The notes below the pieces were generated by a model. The model made no database searches, was not told the origin of the DNA, and saw only the letters and a list, made by a program, of their open reading frames with translations. From Camelus ferus (taxonomy: Eukaryota), in assembly GCF_009834535.1 (NCBI RefSeq), contig NC_045698.1, forward strand, positions 13,828,001-13,892,000: a DNA stretch of 64,000 bases, written 5' to 3'. Positions 14,108 through 22,363 of this stretch are shown here, piece by piece (position 1 is the first letter of the stretch; the number at the start of each line of letters is the position of its first letter). The translations under genes were made by a program, and so were the position numbers.

Positions 14108-16218
14108 CCTGTTGGGAACTCAGGCATTTGAAATGGCACTTTGAAAATGGCAGTAAATGCTTTCAAGTAAGAATTTGATGCATTTTGACATAAGAAAAAC
14201 TATCTTGATAAAATCATTAAGGTGACACTAAGATGGCCCATTTCTCTATTTTGAAAGCCAATATTGCTGGACAGTAAGACACCACCATCCGGTGGACCCC
14301 CTTTCACTTATAAATGGCACCTATCTTTCTCACAGAATGTAATTTCAAGAGCTTTTGAATGTCTATTTTCTCCACCCACTTACACCTAAGTCTTTAAAAA
14401 CAAATCAGTATTAAAATAGATTTAATGTTTCTATAATGTTGAAGGGCAAAAATCCTTCATTCCCATAGACTCGGCAAAGTGGATAAATGTAATCATTCCT
14501 TACTTGCCTAAAAGCAATTTTTTGCATCAGTGCTTCAAGTAAGAATATGTTCTGCTTTTCTTTGATCTCTTATTTCATAAAAATAAGCAAAAAAAAAAAA
14601 AAACCCAAAACAATACAAAACACAACCCCCTCACTACATCTTTTATTGGTATAAGGAAAAGGAAGAACATGTCTTTTGACATACTAAAAACTGTCGCTAC
14701 TAATATTTTTATTTTAAAATGATATATTTGGAATCTTTGAAAAAAGTTCTATGCTAGTTTTATCTTCAGATGATTGTGGGCTACTTTTGACTGCAAGGTT
14801 TTTAATCCTGTATTATAATAAGATTTACCTTCTGCAGATGAGGTAGAAAATAAAAATTGAAGTGGTTTTGTTTCTTTCAGCTAATATTAATTTGCCTTTA
14901 ACCCTAAGGATAAAAAAAAAGAGAGAGAGAGAGAGAGAGAATTTAAATTTGAGTCATATATCTCCCAAGAACCCTTCCAAGATTTGTTCTATTCTTGAAA
15001 TTGAAAGCCAAATAAATTAATTGAATGTTACCATACCTTGAAGCTAAGTACAATTTGAGTTTGAAAAATGGGACTACTGCCTCCTTCCAGAATAGTCAGC
15101 TTTAGAGTTCTGCTTTGTTGAACAGCTGATCAAGCACTGTCCACACTAAAAAGCAGGTGAAGACTTAACCCCAAAGTATTGGATCTATGCATGTTCCAGT
15201 ACCTATGACCATGCTCAGTTAACTGACACTTTCTGATGGCTCTTGACATGAATGAGTCTACCTCAATTTCTGTGTGTTTTCCCTATTTATTCAGCTAAAC
15301 TGAAAAGACAACAAATCAAAGTTATGGATGCAGGTCTGTATGAACAAATAAAACAATGATTAATCATTTATTTAAGCTTTCAACACTGCTGAAAATGGTG
15401 GACTGAGTACATCGCCCTTCCTCTACTCAGACTTCTGACTATACTGCGGCACACTAAGAGTTTAAGTCGGAGCACTTCTTAGCATGTAATAGCCACACTG
15501 TGTCCATTAAATCATCATTTATAAAATTTTGATTTATTAGTATATGATCATTTTATCTGCTCTGTGAAACTACATCTGTGAATCTGCTTCGATCAGTGAT
15601 AACACTGAAGGTTAGGATGAATCTGAATACAAAACAAAAAGCCAAGAAAATGTTCATCAACTTCTAGCTGAATCTTCCATATGCTGGGTATTAAAATTTT
15701 GTATGCATCACATATTTGGATCATATCAATATCTAAGTCACTATTTTGTATATTCTTTTACTCTCCAAATACTCTTCAAGAAGATACATGTGTGTGCATA
15801 TGATGTGTATGGGTGTGTGGTTACATGAATGTGATTTCTTTCAGAATATTTCCCTTCTACCAGGTTCTGGGAAAGTCACAACTTAACTTTATAGAGCTTT
15901 ATCTTAGGGATAATTTCCTCTTCAAATCTGTGTATGTACAGATTTGTCCTAGAAAGAATTTGCAGTGATAGGTCTTGAGTAATTTCTGCAAGACCTATGT
16001 TTGCACAAAGGATATTTGGAATGTATAAAGCCTAATAAGAAACACATTGTAAAAAATGTTAAACTGTATTTCTTCTTTTTTGGTAGCCACCACATTGTAT
16101 GGGGTTCTTTTGCAGAAAATACTTTAATTGGAATAAGTAAATTGATTTCAAAGCTATATTTTATTTAGATCTATAAATATCAACCAAGGCTTACAACATG
16201 TGCCGAGACACACTAGTG

Positions 16219-16281
16219 ATTCCGTATGGAATCACACTTATTCCATATGGAATCACACTTATTCCATACGGAATAACATAT
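16219..16281. repeat. Three copies of a 21-bp tandem repeat with a palindromic core
   Basis: attccgtatggaatcacactt / attccatatggaatcacactt / attccatacggaataacatat. Confidence 0.9.
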
Positions 16282-17814
16282 ACCATAGCTGATTATCCAT
16301 GGCCAGAAAGTGCTCAGAGTATGTGCAAACTCTGTACACTAAACTCTTTGAGAATTACCTTAAATTTAACACTGATAAGCTGAAGCTTTTAAAGCAAAGT
16401 ATTGAGTGTTAAATGACTTTGGTCCATTTACAGAGCATTTATATATCATTATTGTTTTTTTGACTCAAAGTAGAGCAATAAAAAATATGAGACCCAATCC
16501 ATCCATATATTAATGATATAATTGCTTAGTTTTGGAGTTTATATAAAAATAATATCTGGAATGTTTTCATTAACAAAACTCTAAAACAAATCGACACAGG
16601 AACATATAATTTCAATACTACAGAAGCTCCAATTTGCCTCTATATTCTATTTAATATCAGGGGCTTAGAAGCATTAAAAATTAATGTGTAATTAAAATTG
16701 GAAGGATATGAGGTGCTTTTTCAGCAAAATCAGGGAAATATTTTCTTACTCAAAACCATGCAGAAGACCTTGGCTTTTACATTTAAATTGTTTAACATAT
16801 GCACACATTCTCACACAGTCTCATCTTTCAAGCCTTTTATCTGTGAAGTTGCCAGATGAATACTAAAAAAAATAAATAAATAAAATAAGAAAGCAAAACA
16901 AAGAAAATTGTGAATAGTTCATCAAAAATCTAAATCCAAAAGCCTAAAGGACTTCCAAAACCTTGTTTTCCTGGTCCATTTTGCATAGGAAATTCAAAAC
17001 ACCTATATCTACATTTGCTTTTCACAGGTGTACCCTTCTTTTAGGGTGAATGTAGTCCAGCATTAGAATAATCAGAGTGTGTACCTCCAGAGGTTATTCC
17101 CCAAAGCCCCTGAGTGTCTGATTTGATTTAGCTTTATATTGGAAAGCATACCATTATGATATTTTTAAAAAATGATAAAGCATCATCTGGAAAGCTAAAT
17201 GTAAAAACTTAAATTACATTTTATTCCTCAGGCTGAAAACACAAATTGAGAAATATTCAAATTAAATTTACTTACTTCCCATGCCTCAAAACTGAAAAAT
17301 AATAGCACAGGGCAGTTCCAAACAGAGGCAAAATTCAAAATTTTGCACATCAGTAGAGTCAGACAGAAAAATATCACATAACTTCTGAGGACTCTGGATT
17401 ATAGTAAATGTAAAGAGCAATGGAAAAACTTCCCCTTGAAATAAATCTTAATTTGAGGGTTCCAAAATTCCTATGTGTCTGAAATACATAAACGTGGTCA
17501 TTTTTGAAGAATAGGATCATTATGCTATGAATTTTTATTTCAAGACCAATATCAATAACAGCAACTATTATTGAAACAGTTTAGGGGAAAACCCCCAAGA
17601 AATTCTGAGAAAATCAGCTTATCTGGAAAAATATGGAGTTAAACTTTTATATTATATGTTTAGTTAGTGGTTGCTTGACTGTTGATGGTTTCATGAAATT
17701 CTCCCTTGATAATATATTTTACTCAAAATGTATGTCACTATGTATTTATAAGCAAATAGAATTAGAAAATTAGATAGTGTTTATGCATCTTTACATAATA
17801 GAACACTTTGCAGT

Positions 17815-17985
17815 TGGCAGAACATTTTTACAGGTGATTATCGATGTTCACGTAACCCTGTAAGGTAGGCAGGGAAGTCTTTGCCATCTCTGTTTTGCAG
17901 TTTGGGACCCTGAAGCTCAGTGGCTTTAGGAGATGTATATGAGAATAGTTAAATATGAACCTCCTATTATTTTGCTCCTAGTCCT
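17815..17985 (-). mobile_element. MIR SINE
   Basis: aaccctgtaaggtaggca...tctgttttgcag...ctgaagctcag resembles the MIR core. Confidence 0.6.
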
Positions 17986-18869
17986 ACACGATTTTTGGTA
18001 GATCCCAAACACAAAGGGCTAATCAGTTAGTGAGATGGGGCAAGTCTGAGCCTCTGTGAAGAAGGACCATAAGTCTATGAAGTTTATGTAAATAGGATAT
18101 TCTTTTCAGACTACACAGCTATCCTGTGAGTTACATTCTTTTGGTGACTGCCAGGTTAAACATAAGCAAATGAGACTGAAGTCTAAACCAATCAGCAAAA
18201 TTTTTGACAATTTTGGGTACAGGGACATTCAGAACTACTGGTATAAATGTACTAAAACATATGGGAAAAAAAAGAATAGAGTTACTCAACGTTTTGTAAA
18301 GGATATGGTCTGTAGCTATTTTCTTAAAATTAAATCTTTCCCTGACATATCAGATGATCTGAGTATATCTTAAAACATTCATTTCATCCATTTAAAAACA
18401 GGGGGGTTCTCCTGTTAAAATAAAGGGGGCAGGCAGGACAGAGACAGTAGTCTCTGTGCTTGAGAGCCGTGCACGGCTGGTGCACAGAAGTTGCATACAT
18501 CATAGTGCAAGCAGCAAATCCCCATGTTCCATCAATTTCGTATGGAGAAAAGAAGTGGGGAGGGCAAAGAAAAAGCACATCGAAGTCTGTGACAGGGTGG
18601 CCTGGTTTATGGGAAATACCTTAAGCCATTTCAACACGAGACAAAGCTAATGAGGTGTGTCACAATAACACGGTGTAGGTCTCAAGAGTCCACCCAGAAA
18701 AGCGGAAAAAGAGGTCGTGATTACCTTCGCAAGTTTCATTTTTGCAGTGTACCACCCGCTAGACATCAGAGCCAGAAGTGCTTTTGAACATTTTTGTTTA
18801 GTTTTGCTTTTGAAAAGAATTCACAAAATATTGAAACAAATATCATTGTTTGGCTTAATTCAGGTATTC

Positions 18870-19148
18870 TTCATTAAACAGTACACAGACTTTATTGAGC
18901 AATTGAAAATATACACAAGGAACAATAGCTTTTTCTCTGTTGTTTTTTTTTTGTTTTAATTTGACTTTCTTCCGATTAAATAACCCAGTTTCGATCATGA
19001 AAAGGGCACTTGTTTCTTCCGTAGCTGTGTTCAGCTTGCTCAGTTCCAAGTACTGTTCCCAAGCATCTCGCTTGCCATTGCTGAGGTTTTTAATCTCCAC
19101 TTGCTCAGGAAGCAAATTCTAGAAGGCTGCAAGAACTGCCCCCCAACC
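18870..19148 (-). other. CDH18: CDH18 proximal 3'UTR (3' end approximate)
   Basis: Runs from the stop codon to an estimated cleavage site about 20 nt past the first AATAAA. Confidence 0.7.
18891..18896 (-). terminator. Polyadenylation signal AATAAA for CDH18
   Basis: tttatt on the plus strand about 250 nt past the stop codon, followed on the minus strand by GT/T-rich sequence (gtctgtgtactgttt...tatttgtttc). Confidence 0.7.
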
Positions 19149-19639
19149 CTAAGTTGTTCTTTCAGATTCTATTTCTCCATAGAGTTCCGCTAGCTTCTTA
19201 AACTCGGGTCCCCAGTCTCCAAGGTACTGGAAATCCTGGTCTGACTGCGTGGTCGCTGAGTCCAGCGAGCTGATGGACCCCGCTTCCGAGCGCTGGCCCT
19301 CGTAGGCGTAAGTCTGAAGAGAGTCGTAAGGAGGGACGCTGGGGTCCAGGTCGGCTTCCGCCAGTCTTTGCTTAATGAATTCCTGAACATCTATGCTCTC
19401 CAGGGTGGACAACGCCTGGTGCCTGGGGGCAAGTTTCACTTCGGGTCTGATGTCTCTGCGGTACTTGAACTCCTCGGCGGCAGACGGGTTCCTCAGCGCC
19501 GTGATGTCAAAGGCCTCCGTGTCCTCCTCGCCGCCCCCCTCGTCATCGTAGGTGACCACGTTCTCCCGCACGTCCTCCTCGGAAATGATCAGGGGCTCTT
19601 TCTTGCTGCGTCTCAGGGTGATAAAAAGTACTACGATCG
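19149..19639 (-). CDS. CDH18: Cadherin-18 last coding exon (end of transmembrane helix plus cytoplasmic domain)
   Basis: Acceptor ttttccttag|CG ATC GTA. 491 nt; its first 2 nt complete the phase-1 G of the previous exon (GCG=Ala). Encodes [15 protein letters not shown], the p120-binding [10 protein letters not shown] and the beta-catenin-binding [13 protein letters not shown]...[17 protein letters not shown], ending [11 protein letters not shown], which I recognise as the CDH18 C-terminus. Confidence 0.97.
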
Positions 19640-20000
19640 CTAAGGAAAAGAAGAAGGAGGAGGAAGGGTTAGAAAAAGAAGAAGGAAATTCCGGGCGATT
19701 TGACATCAGCAGTTCCCAACCACGGTCATCAACTGCTCTCCTTTTAGGCTTACGCAGTAACACGGCCCTGCTCCCTGCCCTTGCTGCACACCACTGCGGG
19801 ACTTTTTAGCATCCCAAAGAAAGTGGAAAACGATTCTCTCTACAAAACAGTACTGGGGACTGCTGATCTTCTGGGGAACGCCATGATATTCTCATGTGCC
19901 AGGCAGTGCCTTCAGGATCCGTGGCTCAGGTTGTTGTGTTTACACGGAGCGGAAAAGATGCTGCAAAAGCAGAATGAAATCTTGACTGGGAAACAATGGG

Positions 20001-20002
<2 letters not shown>

Positions 20003-20043
<41 letters not shown>

Positions 20044-20068
20044 TGTCTGTCTGTTCTGTCTGTCTGTC
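20003..20068. repeat. (GT)20 followed by degenerate (CTGT)n
   Basis: Seen directly. Confidence 0.95.
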
Positions 20069-21084
20069 TCTAGATACCTAGTCCTTCTAGGGACATACAC
20101 TAAGGGCAGGATATTTTCAGTTTCCGTAAAACAGAAAGAAGGGCCCTGTACCTTTAATCCTTTCCTTTTGATGTTTAGAGGAAATCAGATTAGTAATATT
20201 TTACGTCCTTTGGCCTTTAGAATAGTAGTATCATGCATTATTAACTGCATTTATCTGTCAAGCTGCAAAAGATGTTATTGTACTTGCACACAGTTTGTTT
20301 CATAGGAATTTTTCCATTTACATAATGCTCTTTGCATAAACTTTCTTTTCCTTTTTTATTTTCTTATGTTTTCATTTTTATACACTTTTTTTCTGCTTGT
20401 TTTTTTTTTTTTTTTTAATTGAAGTAGAGTTACTCACAGCGAAGCTGGGGATTTCCTTATTTTTAAAATGAGGAAACTGACAGGATAAATTGCATGATAA
20501 AATGTAAAACAACAACAACAACAAAAATACCAAGTAATCGTAAGATCACAGAAATGGCAGGTGGAAAAGCTTGGGTTGCAGTTTATGACTTCTCACATCA
20601 AAGGTGATGATGTTCCCATTACTATACTCAACTTTGCTATTTATATAAAAATACAGAACAAGGAACTGAGTGACCTGTTGGGCGTGTGGCTTAGGCTAAT
20701 TCACCAAATACAGGGAATTAATTCTTACTACCAATAATGCTGTAACCATTGGATAAATTGTTAGAAAATGGTCTTGGCTATTTTGCTTTGGCTGTTTTTC
20801 AGTAGTTTCAAATTATTCTATTTGATAGTATTAAATCGTTACCAAAGAAAAAGAATTACCTCATTTCTACTTTGTGTCATTAGGCCCAGTATCATTTACT
20901 TCACCTCTACAGAATGTTTTCTTCTTGTTGGCCGATATTCTAGGCTTTATAATATTACTTAGTATTTTAAACATTCCTTACAAATAATAATCAGAGAAGT
21001 ATATTCAAGCGTAATGTAGAGTTGTTAGATTTAGCAAATAATGCAGGACACTCAATTAAATATAAATTTGAGGTGAACAACAAA

Positions 21085-21480
21085 AATATATGTATATGTA
21101 TTATACATATGTATGAGATGAAGCAGAACAAAAATACATGTGTAATATATGTATATATGTGTTTACACACTATATATATGTGTACATATATATACAATGA
21201 AGTATGTTCCATGCAATATGCAAATATTTTATAAATAGTTTATATATTTATATATACATACACACATATATATATTTATATACACACACACAGACACACA
21301 CATATATACACACATACACATCCCAATGTTATGCATGGGACACATTTGTGCTATAATATATTACAGCATATATATCTTAAGTACATTATAGCATTTTATA
21401 TTCACACACATATGTATAGCATAAGTATGTCCCATGCAATATATCTGTAGGTGTATACATATATACACACACACACATGA
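21085..21480. repeat. Degenerate (TA)n/(CA)n low-complexity tract
   Basis: Long alternating purine-pyrimidine runs seen directly. Confidence 0.85.
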
Positions 21481-22222
21481 ACACAGGTATATTTTTTTAT
21501 CTGTAAATTCACATTTCTATCCTGTATTCTGTGTGTTTATCTATGTATGTATGTCTGTGCACTGTATTTTATTTGGCAATCCTGATTATATGCAAGCTTT
21601 AACAAATGGTCATGAAGCAAATGAACACCAGGTTAGCTATCCTCTGATAAAAAACATACCCGACAGCCTCGCAACCACCCTTTTACCCCTCACCTCTAAA
21701 AAGTTACTTCTGTTCTTGCTTTGCTATTATTTCTTTGCTCCTCTTTATAGTTTAACCCCTTGTTATGTACATCCCTAAACAATACAGATAAGCTTTGCCT
21801 GTATTGGAACTAGATGTCATCGTGTGTATGTGCTTCTAAGACTTGACAATACGGAGAGGATGAGTAATAGATATTCAAGCCAGAAGTGAGGATGATAGTT
21901 ATGAACGGGAAGTCCACTCTGTGTGGGAAGAGGGGGGTCACATGTCCAGGGTGGAATCTAATTTTGCAGAGAAGAGGCAAGTGGGAGCCTGTGGGAATGA
22001 AGGGGGGAAAAAAAAAGACAAAACATCTTTAGGGTGGGTCAAGGAATCATCTGGAAAAGTATGGAATAAAAGGATACTGACTAGGTAATGGGAAATGCAA
22101 TAGGGGAGAATATGGCAGACACGGTGAAATGCTGGGTCACTGTTTGGAAGGGAGTGATTATAGAAAGCAGAAAATGTAATGCTGATGCCACGTGTGGCTC
22201 TGCTTTAGAAATGCTCTGTTAA

Positions 22223-22363
22223 GGGGAAGGTGGGTGATATAGCTCAAGTGGTAGAGCACATGCTTAGCATGTACAAGGTCCTGGGTTCAATCCCCAGGTC
22301 CTCCAAAAATAAATAAATTAATAAGTAAGTAAATAAACCTAGTTACCTGCCCCACCCCCAAAA
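22223..22363 (+). mobile_element. tRNA-Ala(AGC)-derived SINE, camelid Vic-1-like
   Basis: Head gatatagctcaagtggtagagcacatgcttagcatgtacaaggtcctgggttcaatcccc has A and B boxes and an AGC anticodon remnant. Followed by an (aaat)n tail and aaacctagttacc, with a degraded flanking duplication (aaatgctctgtta / aaatgttccacta). Confidence 0.85.

Noticed and set aside
16216..16281. CRISPR-like array of palindromic repeats
   Set aside because: Spacers are identical and only 7 nt, there are three units, no cas genes are present, and the context is mammalian.
19221..19241. DQDFQYL instead of the common D(Y/F)DYL in the beta-catenin-binding region as a sign of lost function
   Set aside because: The aromatic residue is retained, the surrounding motifs are intact and the gene has no disabling changes in this window.
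19640..19763. N-terminal part of the 204-aa ORF (MLLRKPKRR...FFFSL)
   Set aside because: Intronic sequence upstream of the splice acceptor; the Ser/Phe-rich stretch is the translated polypyrimidine tract.
19368..20305. Plus-strand ORFs of 91, 85 and 174 aa opposite the last exon
   Set aside because: Shadow ORFs caused by GC-rich coding sequence and a (GT)n repeat; no recognisable protein.
22232..22305. Functional tRNA-Ala gene
   Set aside because: Acceptor and anticodon stems are mismatched, the head is followed by a SINE-type AT-rich tail, and a diverged sibling copy lies at 49959.
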